The notes: a model not told the origin generated them from the sequence alone. DNA of 64,000 bases from Octopus sinensis (GCF_006345805.1 NC_043013.1:49538001-49602000); one strand, 5' to 3'; counted from the first letter of the stretch, positions 37,791 to 52,387 are shown. Program-made: numbers and translations.

Positions 37791-38490
37791 AGGAGGGGGC
37801 AGTGGCAGTGACAATGATAATTACTTCGTATAGTGATATTGAGCCATAATATATTAAAGTCAAACAAATTAAATTGTATCCCTTATATAATTACTGGTAC
37901 TATTTGAAGAAACAAATGTGAGGTAGAGTTCAGAAGGAATTGAAATGAGGATATAATAAGGTTGAAACTACACACTTTAACACATTTAATGCGATGTATT
38001 ATACAGATTCTTCTCACACACAGAGACACCAATATAAGGGAATCAGTAAAAATAAAATCAGGCTTACTGATTACTCACTAAAGATACTAAGAATATTGAT
38101 ACATGCACTCACAAACAAAATATAAACAGTAATAAAGGTACCAAATGTTGAGTGAATAATCTACAAAGGATTTGCTCATGTTGATTGGCTTGATCTACGT
38201 AATACAATAGTTAATAAAAATATGGCTTGATTTCTGTGCAGAATTAACACATCATTTTAATTCTCTCTTTATCCTAGGGTTTCATACTATACTCTGATAT
38301 CTTCAGATGTGAGCTTTGAATTTACTAATTGGACAGAAGCGTAAATGTAATTTGCATGGATTATATGGTCCACAGCAATTATCACCAGTTGTTCTAGTTG
38401 ATATTTTATAGGGTACTCAAAAGAGTACTCAACACTTTTTTACTATCCCTATTCATTTGTGTAGTGACATATACATTTGTGTAGTGATAT

Positions 38491-38720
38491 GGCGGCGAGC
38501 TGGCAGAAACGTTAGCATGCCAGGCGAAATGTGTAGCCGTATTTCGTCTGCAGTTACGTACTGGGTTCAAATTCCGCTGAGGTTGACTTTGCCTTTCATC
38601 CTTTCGGGGTCAATAAATTAAGTACCAGTTACACACTGGGGTCGATCTAATCAACTTAATCCGTTTGTCTGTCCTTGTTTGTCCCCTCTGTGTTTAGCCC
38701 CTTGTGAGTAGTAAAGAAAA
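38491..38720 (+). mobile_element. SINE family C
   Basis: Match to 9077-9313. Confidence 0.85.
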
Positions 38721-38739
38721 ATAGATATATACATATATG

Positions 38740-39265
38740 GATGGAAGATGTTTAATGGCATAAGGGATGTGCTCAAGAGGTTGGACAGGACCACCTATGC
38801 TAACCTCATCAACAGTACAGTTCTACCTGCAATGTTATATGGTAGTGAAACATGGGCTACCACAAAGAGAGAAGAGCAAAGACTGGTAACGGCACAAAGA
38901 GCCATGGAAAGGTCAAATGCTTTGTATCTCGTTCAGAGAGCACATCAGTAGCGAGATCATCAGCATGAAGTCCGGCGTGAGGAATGTCATCGCAGAGTAT
39001 ACACGCAGCAAGTTTAGATGAGCTGGACACGTCACCCGGCTCACCGATAATTGGTGGACCCGCACAGTTGTCGAGTGGTACCTGCGCAAGTGGAAAAGAC
39101 CACCCGGAAGACCTCCATGACGGTGGAGTTACGATTTCAGGAGGACAATTGCGATCATGTGGATGAGAAAGACACGATCCAAAGAGGAATGAACAGCATG
39201 CTGTGGCCAGCGGTGTCAAATGGATGCCTGACGGACTGGTCGGTCAAGGTGATCAAAGGGATATA
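38740..39265 (+). mobile_element. RTE LINE 3' fragment (second RTE family)
   Basis: TVLPAMLYGSETW...QRAMERS...RWAGHV..L.DNWWT...KRPPGRP; the same 3' end recurs near 40045. Confidence 0.8.
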
Positions 39266-39759
39266 CATATGTGCATGCATGCATGCGTTCATACATACAT
39301 GCATACATACATACATACATACATACATACATACATACATACATACATACATACATACATACATACACACACACATACATGACAGGCTTCTTTCAGTTTC
39401 TATCTACCAAATCTACTGACAAAGCTTTGATTAGACCAAGGCTATAGTAGAAGACACTTGCACAAGCTGCTACACAGTGGGACTGAACCTGGAATCGTAT
39501 AATTGGGAAGCATTATTAGCCTTCCAAATTTAACATCCATTTTTCCAAGCTAGCATGGGTTGGATGGTTTGACAGGAACCAGCAAGTTGCAGAACACAGC
39601 CAAGCTCCAACATGAGCTTTGACAGGTTTTCTACAGGTGGTTGCCCTTTCTAACACCAACTAACTTATAGTATGTACTGGGTGCTTTCTCGAAAGGAAAG
39701 ATCCCATGACTAAGTCGGGGTAGAATTAATGAGAGTGGAGAAGTATTTATGTATGCATG

Positions 39760-39794
39760 TGTGTATGCATATATATATATATATATATATATAG

Positions 39795-39829
<35 letters not shown>

Positions 39830-39842
39830 GCATATATAGACA

Positions 39843-39877
<35 letters not shown>

Positions 39878-39910
39878 GTATATGCATATATAGACATATA
39901 TATATATATG

Positions 39911-39952
<42 letters not shown>

Positions 39953-40167
39953 ATAATATATATATATATATGTGAAGCAGCACAAAATTTTATCAGTGAA
40001 CAGGTCGCAGTCTCAAAGCGACGAAAACATCTTGGTAAATATGGACTGGTCGGTCAAGGTGAAGATGATATATATATATGCATATATATATATATATATA
40101 TATATGCATATATATATTATATATATATATATATTATATATATATATATTATATATATATATGCATA

Positions 40168-40257
<90 letters not shown>

Positions 40258-40460
40258 CAAGTGAGCATATATATATATGTACAAGTTTATACCTATGCAT
40301 ATATGTACATATATATTTATTAAACACACATGCACATGAATATATACACATATATATGTGCATATACATGTATATATATATGTGTGTGGGAGGTATATAT
40401 ATATGTTTGTATGCATATATACGTACATGTGCATATATACATACACACGTGTGTGTGTGT
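39760..40460. repeat. Long compound (TA)n microsatellite
   Basis: Seen directly. Confidence 0.95.
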
Positions 40461-40817
40461 ATGTTGAGATGCAGAGCCCAGTGGTTAGGGTGTTGCATTC
40501 ATGATTGTGGGATTGTGGTTGCAATTCTTTGACTGGGCAACGCATAGCATTCTCTTTTATCAAAGCCCTTAATTTCATGTTGCTCAAGCCAAGAAGAAGA
40601 AGGATGAGAAGATTGGACACGTCAATGGTCTGGAAGTTTGAAAAGACAAAGGCTGAGACTTCTTTTATTTCAATTTGCCAGAGTTGCTAATGCGAAACAA
40701 ATTTTTCATCAAATTATTTGTAATAGAAAATGCTGAAAATTTTCTTGAGGCAAAGATGACTTCAAAGTTGAGGGAATGCCACTAAACATGATAGTTGTAA
40801 ATCAAGAGAATTTTGAA

Positions 40818-41934
40818 CCCTTTTGATACCAACCTGCCTGGGACAGTCCTACGATACAGTTCTACGATGCAAATTTCCTGTTTTAAGTGATTTAACTTAT
40901 AAAAACTTTATTCAAGATTTCTTTTTATTCCTGTGGTGTTGGCAGTCGGTGTTATGGGACATGATGAGCTATGTGGTGCTGGTGGAGAGGGTGACAGATG
41001 AGGTGGGCAGAAGTAGGGCTTGCAGGGGCCGTCAGAAGACTGCAGGGTGCATGTGGGGTAGGAAGCGGAAGCAGTCAAGCATGACACATGTGTGGTCATC
41101 GACAAAGCGGGCCAGTTTGAGCATAGACAACGAAGCGACAGGACGTGTCGAATTCGTGAGAGACTGCTGATTTTCGCCAAGGTAAGGCCTTTTGTATTTC
41201 TTTCTCCCGTTTCTTCTTCTTCTGTTGTCCTCTTCATCCATCGCGCTACAATTCTTTCATTCTTTTATACATTTCAGCCCAAAGGCTGTGCCCATGCTGG
41301 AGAATGCCCCGTGTAATCACCTTTCCATTGGCCATTCTTATGCGCTTGGATTTTGGTGAAAGAGACAGTCTGATGCTGTTGTCCTCTTTTGAGTTTGTTT
41401 CTATAATTCATATGGGACGTTGGACAGCAGGAGATCAAGAAGTTTCTTGAAAACATATACTCCTGTTCCATGAAGATCCCTCATATGGTTTGGCAAGGTA
41501 TTAAATAGCTTTGGGGCCTGGAATCCCAAGCTGCTGCAGTACATGGTCCTCACTCTAGACAGGATAGCTGGGACCTTTGGAATAGTGCAGTTAATTTATG
41601 TTAATTTATGTTCCAAACACCAGCTTAATAATAATAATAAGGAGTGTGACAAAAGAACTCTGGCCGAAATAAGATTAAGATTAATGTAAAAAATAAATAA
41701 CACTGAAGCAAAGTAACACCAAATATATAGTGTGTGTGTTTTTATTGGCTAAACTGGCAAAATGACCATTCCGAAATATAACAATATCTGTTTCAACACA
41801 CGACTTCACATAAAAAATCTCGCACAACAAATATATAAATAATAATAAAGTTATTTTACTAAATTCTTCATCATTTTCAAATTTAATTTTACAAAATGGC
41901 AGGGTATTTCAAGAGAAATATGGTAATGAAAGAC
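40818..41934. mobile_element. Expanded, interrupted copy of the piggyBac-like MITE family seen at 55628 and 56296
   Basis: Left end cccttttgatacc; right end gaaatatggtaatgaaagac|ttaa; matching internal pieces. Confidence 0.5.
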
Positions 41935-42415
41935 TTAAAGAAATAGAGCACCTTATGAATTTAATAAAGTAATGTTTTTTTCAGAAATGGAATAAGCTGA
42001 TTTCAAAGCAAGTATGCTTTTATTACATAGTATCGTTAACTGTTGATTACCAGCCATTTGCAGTAACACATTCAAGTAACTGGTTTAAAGCATATCTATA
42101 ATCTATTTAACCTTTCCTGTAATTAAGGTCATTGATTTCTGAAATATTTATCACAGGTATTTACTCTGTTTAAATGAATTACTATATTATGTCATTAACA
42201 AGACAAATAATTTGTATTGCATAAATAAAAGAAAACGTTTTAGTTCGTCGCAGATTTAATTGAAATAAAAGAATGTTAGATTAATTTGCACATTCAATAA
42301 AGTTTCATATATGGACAGAGACCAAGTAGCAATATAGATCCTAAAATTAAGCTATTATGCCCTTGAAGTAATTTGAGATTAAATCATACTCCTGCAATAT
42401 TTCTGTATCTCTGTC

Positions 42416-42484
<69 letters not shown>

Positions 42485-42594
42485 TAAATATATACTTGAT
42501 CAATAGTCATAATCCCACATGTAACCATCAGAGAGTATACATTGTCGAATGTGCGTGAGTATGTGTGCATATATATTTATATTGTCTAGCAGTT

Positions 42595-42625
<31 letters not shown>

Positions 42626-42813
42626 ACACATGCACACACATGCACACACACACACACCACACACACACACACACAGGTATCTATTTTTGTTGAGTCTGTT
42701 TCTTGATGTTCTTAGTTTCATTTGTGGATGCAAAGGGTATTCAAATAAGTTGTAAAAATATTATCAATCTTTATAATATATTGAGTACTCAGTCAACACT
42801 GAATAGATATGGA

Positions 42814-42855
<42 letters not shown>

Positions 42856-43062
42856 TTCAATGTTGTTGTTGTTGTTTTTCAATGTTGTTGTTGTTGTTTT
42901 TCAATATTGTTATTGTTCAAGTCACTGCTTGGAATTGAACTTGGAATCTTGTGGTTAGTAGCCTGTGCTCTTAACCACTATGCCATATGCCCACGGGCAT
43001 ATGGCATAGTAATTCAACAACAACAACAACAACAACAACAATAATAATAATAATAATAATAA

Positions 43063-43170
43063 TTGCTGTAGCCCATCTTTTTTACCAAGACAAGACAATG
43101 TACATGATAACACTTCCAATCAGTTAAGATCAGAAGCCATGAGAGCCACTGCCTGGTACTGCATCAGGGC

Positions 43171-43201
<31 letters not shown>

Positions 43202-43309
43202 GCCCTGATGTAGTACCAGGCAGTGGCTCTCATGGCTTCTGATCTTAACTGATTGGAAGTGTTATCATGTACATTGTTTTGTCTTGGTATAAAAGATGGG
43301 CTACAGCAA
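43063..43309. repeat. 110-bp-arm inverted repeat with (AAT)n loop
   Basis: Arms 43063-43172 and 43200-43309, three mismatches. Confidence 0.95.
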
Positions 43310-43755
43310 ATATTCTGCTCAATACCACAGATTTGCTTGTCAGTTGTTTAACCTTAACCAGTTGAGCATGTCCCTTAGTGGCTGACGATATGTGCATCTC
43401 TGATCATGAGCAGAAGTAGTGGAGGAACATCATAGCCATGTGTTGAGAGGGATTCTTTGGGGTTTGAATAATTCACCTCTGAAAACATGGGTGTTTCGTT
43501 CAACATCCTTAAACAACCCTTATTCAGGGACCTTTTGAGCAGGATGGGTTACTTGACCAAAAGAAAATTCTAACTTGGCCCCACCTGCAAAGTCATGTGC
43601 TGTTTATCTTGATATGAGATCACCATGTTGCGCACATATGGTTGTGATGCATGTGCCTAGTGTACACTTATCAGACGGGTAGTCATGATGGGTATACTGG
43701 GCTTCGTATATTTTACCCCAGTGTCACTTTGATGGCATACACTGCTCTCTCACTC

Positions 43756-43757
<2 letters not shown>
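43200..43757. mobile_element. Interspersed element bounded by (AAT)n on both sides, class undetermined
   Basis: GC-richer block between two AAT arrays; its left end is duplicated in inverted form. Confidence 0.5.
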
Positions 43758-43795
<38 letters not shown>

Positions 43796-43989
43796 TAATA
43801 ATAACATCGAAAAATACCCTCGGAATAAGAACCCAGGTTCGAATTTTCCACAAGACACCTAAAGAAGGCTGGAGGGTATATCAGCCAAAAAATTGTGTTA
43901 ACAACAAACGTGATGAGGACAAATGTCTAATGTAAATAATGTATATAAAGTACATAAATCCTCATCTCTTAAATATAGAACTGTAGAGA

Positions 43990-45915
43990 CTTGAAGTAGT
44001 TTGGATTTCAAGACAGTGTGTGAGACAAAATCATGATGTCATAGGAGAGAAATGTGTCCGCGATGGTTCACTTGCATTTAATGATTCTACAAAGAAAGAG
44101 GCTTCGAAATGCCATTACAAAAGGCTGTTAAATGTGGAAAATGAATGGAACAAGGAGAGTCTGCCAAACGTTGACCCAACTGTGGGACCAGCTATCCAAA
44201 TCAACAGTAGCTTGATAGATAAAGCAATTAAGGACATGAAGACAGGAAACACCCCTGGCCCATCAGGAATCACTGCTGAGGTGCTTAAAATATCTGGTGT
44301 CATAGGATATAGCCAAGTCACCTGTATAGTCAATCAGGGTGTCCATGAGGATCTCATACCCAATGATTGGTGTAGCAGCACTAAAGTCAACTACTACAAA
44401 GGCAAAACTGATGCCTTAGACAGAAATAATTCTGGAGGTATCAAATTGCTGGACCAGGTTATGAAAGTCACAGAGAGGGTCATAGCTCGATTAATGAGGG
44501 AGGGAGTTAGCGTAGATGAGATACAGTTTGGATTTGTGCCAGGTAGGAGCACAACTGATGCTATATTCCTAGTTACGCAACTGAAGGAAAAATATCTAGC
44601 CAAAAATAAACCCCTGCACCTAGCTTTTGTTGACATGGAGAAAACCTTCAACAGAGTCCCCCACTCCCTTATCTGGTAATCAACACAGAAGCCAAGGATC
44701 GATGAGTGACTTGTGAGAGCTGTGCAAGCCATGTACAGGGATGCTGTCAGTAAGATGAAGATTAGCAATGGATATACTGATGAATTCAGGGTACAAGTAG
44801 GGGTTCACCAAAAATCAGTCCTCAGCCCCTCTTGTTCATCATAGTCCTCCAGGCAATAGCAGAGGATTTTAAGACAGGCTGCCCGTAGGAACTCCTCAAT
44901 ACTGATGACCTTGCTCTTATAGCTGAGTCACCACCAGAACTAGAGAAGAAATTTCAGGTGTGGAAGCAAGGTCTAGAATCAAAGGGCCTTAGAGTTAATC
45001 TAGCAAAAACCAGTCTTAGTAAGTAGGAAAACAAACAAATCACAAATCCCTTCTGGTAGATGGCCTTGCTCGATCTGTAGAAAAGTCGGCGGTAGAAACT
45101 TCACAAGATGTCCCCATATGGGCATATAAGAGGTGCAGCAATATCAGAGGAAAGTGAACAGGTAACTAGTTTTTGTGTATGGAAGGCACAGGTACAATTA
45201 ACACTAAAAACATACAGAAAATAGACTCCGTCAAATGCCAGCAGAGAAAGCTAGAAGTTCTTGATAACTTCCATTATCTAGGTAACCAGGTCAGTAGCAG
45301 AGGTGGATGCTCCAAGAGCATAGCTGCTAGAATAAGCTGCTAGGCTGGGTAAAGTTCAGAGAGCTCCTACCTCTGTTGGTAACAAAAGGCCTCTCCCTCA
45401 GAGTGAAGAGCAAATTGTATGAGGCCTGTGTGTGAACAGTCATGCTGCATGGCAGTAAAACATGGACTGTGACTGTCGAGGACATGCGTAGGCTTGAAAG
45501 AAAGGAATCTAGTATGCTTCACTGGATGTACAATGTCAGTGTGCATGTATGACAGAATGTAAGCATCTTGAGAGAAAAGTTGGGCATAAGAGGCATCAGA
45601 TGTGGTGTGCAAGAGAGACATCTGTATTGGAATGGTCTTGTGATGTGTATGGATGTGGACAGCTGTATGAAGAAGTGCCAATCTCTAACAGTGGAGGGAA
45701 GCTGTGGAAGAGGGAGACCCAGGAAGACATGGGACAAGGTGGTGATCTTCCAACGTAGGGCCTCATGGAGGCATTGACTAATGACTGAGACTTTTGGTGA
45801 TAATCCATGCTTGAGAAGGCTCATCAAGCCAAGTGAAATCATATTTGTGGCTATTGCTGGTGTCACGTAACTAGCACCTGTGCCAGTGGCACATGTTAAA
45901 TGATGATGATGATGA
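43990..45915 (+). mobile_element. RTE LINE, about 1.9-kb 5'-truncated copy
   Basis: ORF 44020-44679 with PGPSGITAE, GIKLLD, GFVPGRSTTDAIF, FVDMEKTFNRVP; the rest is frameshifted; ends in (GAT)n. Confidence 0.9.
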
Positions 45916-46330
45916 TGATTGCAAGAAAAGGAAGGTGAAACTTGTTAATAAAACATAATTTTTGGCCATTAAAGACTGGTTTGAAAGGTTTAAGAAGCAC
46001 GTGGATTTCCACAATATAAAAGTGACTGGTGAAACAGCAAGCACTGCCACAGAGGTTGCTACTGATTACCCTGAGCAGTTGGAGAAAAGGATTGCTGAAG
46101 GGGGTTACACCATAGCAAGTATACAATGTTGAGGAAACTACATTTTTCTGAAAGTGCATACCTGCTAGAACTTTTATTTCTTGTGAAGAAAAAAAATTAT
46201 CTCCAGAATTTAAAGCTTTCAAAAATTGTCTGACAACTTTTGGGGGAAGAAATGCTACTGACACATCATTCTGAAAATCGAAGGACTTTCAAGGGTTACA
46301 CAAAGTTTAGTTTCTTCTGATTTGGCATTC
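45915..46330 (+). mobile_element. Tigger/pogo transposase remnant
   Basis: DWFERFKKHVDFHNIKVTGETAS...DYPEQL...VYNVEET.FF*KCIPARTFIS..E...FKAFK. Confidence 0.8.
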
Positions 46331-46875
46331 AATTAAGACATGGATGGCTAAAAGCTTTTTTCAAATAGTGGTCTACAAACGTTTTTTGTCCTGGAGTAGA
46401 AAGGTATAGTGCCAGGCATAATATTTTCACCTGATATTATGAAAAACAATAGGAAAATTAATTTTGCACAACAGCCAAATATTTAGGGATGCATTACTTT
46501 CATAAAAGGGGTTCCTGTATAATAACAAGTATATATGATGACATAAATAATGGTGTGAGGGAAAACAACCATATTGATAAGTCACAGTCATCATACAGTG
46601 TATTGAAAAGAAAGTCAACAGAATATTTGACCTCTAGGGGCTAGAAACGAAAATAGGACACGAGACAGATTGGGTCACATGCCCACCCCGTCCCTGCCAT
46701 GTATTATATAGACAGGTAGATATGCAAGGCAATGTTATAGGGGTTATGAATCACAACTGGCTAAATGAGGCATAATGTGTATTATTAGGGGAAGGAGGGA
46801 ACTAGGTGTCAACTTACATGTCTTGTATGGTAAAAGAGTTGTCTAAACATACCTGGGTACACACTTATATGCATA

Positions 46876-46920
<45 letters not shown>

Positions 46921-47149
46921 CGTATCATACAGAAAAAGAAGGTGATATTTCGAATGCAGTATAGCCATGAAAACAGCAGAAAGATTGGGTATTTTACCAT
47001 TATATGATGGAAAAAGTCGTTAGTGGGTTAATGATTTCTTTCTTCTTCTTTCTTTTACTTTTATTATAATGGTCCCTTCAATTTTTTTAGTGTTTGAAAG
47101 AAAGGATGGGAAAAAAAGGATCAAAAAAGAAGCTGCATCCATGTGTGGA

Positions 47150-47890
47150 TGGATGTAATTTGAGTCCAGGTATGGATTTTGCAATGCAGTCACAATGGGG
47201 ACAATGATGATTTGGGGTTTGCCTAGAATTGGACAAACGTGTCTGTTGTTTACAAGATAAAGTTCATTTATTGTTCTGTTTCTTCAATTCAAATTGTTTA
47301 GATGCAACATGACACATTTTAAGCCACTCACATCAAGCTAGGCAATAACTTACCCAAAATGTTAAATTAAGTTGTAGGAATTTTAGGGATTGTTTCAACT
47401 TAAGGATGACCCTCTCCTTCTTGGTCATACAAAAGAATTTTTGAAATGTAATCATCTTGCATTTGAACATGTCCTGCATATTTGCACTGAATTTTCTACA
47501 GCATGCTTTCAATACTGGAAACATCACATTTAAAAAGATTTTGATATTTGATATTTTATCTTGCCATTTTATGTTGCAAACATCATGCAGACAGCACATG
47601 TAAAAGATTTCAAGTTTCATTATATGTCTGCAGTAGGGAATCTTGTGTTTGTACCCCTTAAAGAAGTGCTTTCAATATACAAGATTAGTATACATTTATT
47701 TTAGTTTTCAAATTGATATTGTGTTCATCCCACAAAAGATGAGAAAGTTTCCAAAAGCACTTGTAGCCTTAGATATTCTAATATTGACTTCATCATCAAG
47801 AGTACTCTTAAAATGTACTGTACTTCTAAGATATATAAATAACCTGACTCATTTGAGTATTTATTGTCTGTCATCACATTTGAATCTTGA
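47150..47890 (-). mobile_element. Decayed RTE (BovB-like) C-terminal fragment
   Basis: KLEIFYMCCL..VCNIKWQDKISN. Confidence 0.6.
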
Positions 47891-48535
47891 GTATGTTTTG
47901 TCTCAGGCTCTATCATATTATCTCTGGCTGCCCAGTCCTGGCTAAGAAGGAATATATTCACAGACACGACAGAGTTGGGACCTACATACACTGGAAGCTA
48001 TGCCAACATTATGGAATAACAACAGAAAAAGATGGTATAGGCACATGCCAGAAAAGGTCACAGAAAATGAGAAAGCAACCATACTCTGTGATATGCCAAT
48101 ACACACAGATAGAGAAATTAAGGCCAATAGGCCAGATATAGTTGTCAGAGATCATGAAGAAAAAAAATGCTTTCTAATTGATGTATCAATACCAGCAGAT
48201 GACAATGTGTCTCTAAAAGAAATGGAGAAACTTTCAAAATACAAAGACCTGGAAATAGAGGTAACTTGAATGTGGAATCTAAAAACACAAACAATTCCTA
48301 TCATAATAGGTGCATTAGTCATGATAAAAAATATTCAGACAAATACATAACAAAAACACCAGGACTTACAAATATAAATAACACAGAAAATTGCACTATT
48401 GGGCACTGCACACATCCTACGCAAAACACTTTCAATACAGTAACCATCAGAGCATCACAACAAATCACAGCGCATTCCCAAGGCACACAGAGTTGTACTC
48501 GGTAGTGAAGTGATGCATGCTATAAAAATAAAACT
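47890..48535 (+). mobile_element. R4/Dong-like 3' end followed by (AAT)n
   Basis: HIISGCPVLAKKEYIHRHD...NRPDIVVRD...LIDVSIP...EKLSKYKDL. Confidence 0.9.
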
Positions 48536-48869
48536 ACTGAATAATAATAATAATGATAATAATAATAATAATAATCCTTTCTACTATAGGCACAAGGCCT
48601 AAAATTTGGGAGGAGGGGCTAGTCAGAAGAAATGCCCCTAAGCATTTTCATTACATGGCAATGATTCTGTAATCTCATAACAATAATAATGATGAGAAGA
48701 AGAAAAAGAAGAAGAAGAAGAAGAAGAAGAAGAGGAGGAGGAGGAGGAGGAAGCGGAGGAGGATGGGAAGAGGAGAGAGTTAGGGAGAAGAGGTGAGGGG
48801 GAGGAGGGTGATGATGATAGAGGAATAATTATACTAAAAATGATAAAATAGAATTACAGGACATAGGGC

Positions 48870-49990
48870 CAAATGTCAGTGAAAGAAATATCACAGACAT
48901 ATAATGTGATGATATAGAATAAACAATAGTAATAATGATGATCAGAAACTGTTTCACGAGACTTTGAATGGAAGAAGCAGAGTTGCCTGATCCTACAAAA
49001 GCAACTTTGTTTTGGAGCAAGATCTGCTCTGATGAAGTTAACCACAAAAGAGTGTCCTGGTTTCAAGAAGGGGAAGAATAAATCAGTAACATAGAGGTAC
49101 AAGAAGTTATTACCATCATGTTGGAAGCTAAATAAGTAGAAGTTGGTAAGATGAGAAATTGGATGGCAGCTGGCCCAGGTCTAGTTCAGGGACTTTGATT
49201 TAAGGGATTGATAAATTTGCATTCTAAGCTACAAGAGGTACTACAAAGCTGTGTATACCAAGGAATAGTAGCAGAGTGGATGGTCAAAGGAAGAACCATG
49301 TTGATCCAGAAAGACTCAGCCAAGGGTGCCAAGTTCAATAACTGCCATCCAATTACTTGCTTACCTTTGATGTGGAATAATGGATAAAAACTTGTACAAA
49401 CACCTTGAAAAAAATAGACTGCTAACAGATGAACAGGAGGGATGAAGGAAAGGATCACAAGGAACAAAGTATCAGTTGCTGATAGATAAGAGAATTTTGG
49501 GAAACTGTTGGAGAAGGTTGACAAGCTTATCAATGGCTTGGATTGACTATAAGAAGGCACACAATATGGTTCCCCACTTATGGATTCTAAAACGACTAGA
49601 AGGGGTCAGGGCAGCTAAAAATATGATATATTTAATCAGAAGCAATATGAGGAACTGGAAGACAGTTTCAACAGCAGGCAGAAGAAAAATTAGATGAGTC
49701 AATGTCAGGAGGGGAATCCTTCAAGGAGACTCTCTGTCACCCCTGCTGTTTATTATTAGTATGTTTCTATAATCCCTAGTTTTGAAGAAGATGAGAGCTG
49801 GTCACAAACTACAAAAGAATACAAGACCAATTAACTACCTGTAGTTTATGGATGGTTTGAAGTTTTACAGAGTTATCAGAAGTCAACTGGACTCCCTTAT
49901 TCAGGCCATATGAATTAACTCACTTGACATTCAGATGGCATTTGGTCTAGGATAAATGCACTGGTCTTTAATTGAGGAGAGGGTGAAAAG
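48870..49990 (+). mobile_element. Decayed R4/Dong-like RT fragment
   Basis: PITCLPLMW, MAWIDYKKAHNMVPH, GILQGDSLSPLLF. Confidence 0.85.
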
Positions 49991-50604
49991 TAGACAGCAG
50001 TAGACTCAGAAACATGCATGTCTCTGGATGCAGGCCTAGCTGTTGTGGGTGCTTGTCTCCCCTTTGTAAACATAAGGACACAGGAAATGTGTCAAAGCCG
50101 ACAGGAAGCGTTGCTGCTTCCTAGGGCTAAATAGCGGTGGTGTGATTCCCTTCATAGGACTGTCACATTAAGTTGACAGTATACAACTACTCTATCGTAC
50201 CACTACTGCATATATCTCTCTGAGATATTTACAAATTTAATATTTTTAATTTTGTATAAGATAGTTAGATATATAACTTGCAGATATTTAAAAGTACCCC
50301 AAAATGAGAAGAAAAAATGCCATGACAAAGTGACATTGTCAATTACACTACAAGGTATGACTAAGGGAAAAAGAAATCTACTTTAAATTATTGTTTCAGA
50401 CTTAAGTGTGTGCGTGTGTGTGTTTGTTTGTTATAGGATGCATAATGTACCAAAAGTATACAGTATTGATAGATGATACAAAGAATGTAAGATGGATACT
50501 AGAGAACAACTCAATTATACATCCTACACAACCTTAAAAGCAACGCAGAAAAGTCTTGTTCACTGCTACAAAATTTCTACCAATAATAACAACACCTCCT
50601 AGAC

Positions 50605-50987
50605 GTAGGAGTGGCTGTGTGGTAAGTAGCTTGCTTACCAACCACATGGTTCTGGGTTCAGTCCCACTGTGTGGCACCTTGGGCAAGTGTCTTCTGCTAT
50701 AGCTTCAAGCCGACCAAAGCCTTGTGAGTGGATTTGGTAGACAGAAACTGAAAGAAGCCTGTCATATATATATTTATATATATATGTGTGTGTGTGTGTC
50801 CCAACATCGCTTGACAACCGATGCTGGTGTGTTTATGTCCCCGTAACTTAGCGGTTCGGCAAGAGAGACTGATAGAATAAGTACTAGGCTTACAAAGAAT
50901 AAGTCCTGGGGTCGATTTGCTCAACTGAAGACGGTGCTCCAGCATGGCCACAGTCAAATGACTGAAACAAGTAAAAGACTAAAAGAA
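50605..50987 (+). mobile_element. SINE family A
   Basis: Full-length copy. Confidence 0.9.
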
Positions 50988-52328
50988 TAATGAGACAAGG
51001 TACTAAATAGGCTCTATTGAGAACTCATTCAAATCTAAAGACACTTAGTACACCCACCCATTTAGACACGAAAATAAAAGAGTAGCAACATTCAAAATAC
51101 ATTTGCAATTTATAAGATATCTCTAACTATAAAATTAAACAATCAATTATTGAATCCCCTCTTGCCTATACCAATCATCTCCAGTTCCCCTTTCCTCATT
51201 CAAGAAACTGAGCATTCTTACACAGCCTCTTAATTTCTCATGTTCTAAATTAGAGTTATTTTCTTCATATCCTCACAAAAGGAAATTTATCCTCTGACTT
51301 TTCAAGCTAGCCACTCTATGATATTGTATGTTTTTAACTAACTCAGACGTCTGTTATATATCAACCTTTAAACATGGGTTCACTGTATTGCCTCCTACAC
51401 AGCTTTTATCCTTCTTTCTTGTACCCTTTTATCTCTTTTCAGATGGTTCTTTGCTTTTGCAGTAACCTTTGTCCCACACACTTGCCCCTTACAAGATTAA
51501 CCTTTGTATAAACTGAAAACTTTACATAACATGATCTTTTTATATATTCTATGTTTCTTAACAAGATTGTTTATAAATGCCACCATTGTACTTCATCTTT
51601 TTTTCTTTTATATAGACCCTATTCTTACTTGAATCCCATTTTATATAGACCCCTAATCTCTTAACACATTCACCTCTTGCCCTCATGAGCACAAGTATAT
51701 GTTAGCAGGCTAGTTGGGTGCAGCCCAAGTATAAGGATTGATTATTTCCCTATCAGTGCTTTCCTCACCATAAACGGGGAGTTAATATTTTCCATACATC
51801 CAATATTTATATATACAAACTTACACACACCACACACACACATATGCATGACCATTAATATTTAAGAATAACCCTCCCCAACTCGGTCTTACTCTCTCTC
51901 CATCTGTTCTGAATCCTGGCATACAGATCACTGGTTGACAGGAAGGGACCAATTCTAAGGGGCATAATTCTGATTGGCTTAAGAGCTAGTCTTGTTCTAT
52001 TTGATTTTGGTCTCCTCATTTATCTTCTAGGGAGATGTTAATTTATCTATGAATTTTTTTCTTTCTTATTCCTTTTTTTTTTACAATAACTCTAAAATCC
52101 ATAAACCAGATGTGGCATTTTCAGATCTACAGCAGAAACCATAATTTTCCATTCAGCCACATACAATGAATTTGCCTTCCCTTTTTTTTTAGCATGAAAC
52201 CATTCGGTAACATAAACTGGTTGCAATGAAGCTATAATATCATCATCATTTAATGTTTGTCTTCCACACTGACATGGGTTGGATAGTTTCACTAGATATA
52301 ATTTCCTTTGCTAGATAAATAATAATAA

Positions 52329-52387
<59 letters not shown>

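Noticed and set aside
37385-37867. Poly-E/R/K and poly-L/S/P ORFs
   Set aside because: Produced by the (GAA)/(GAG) microsatellite.
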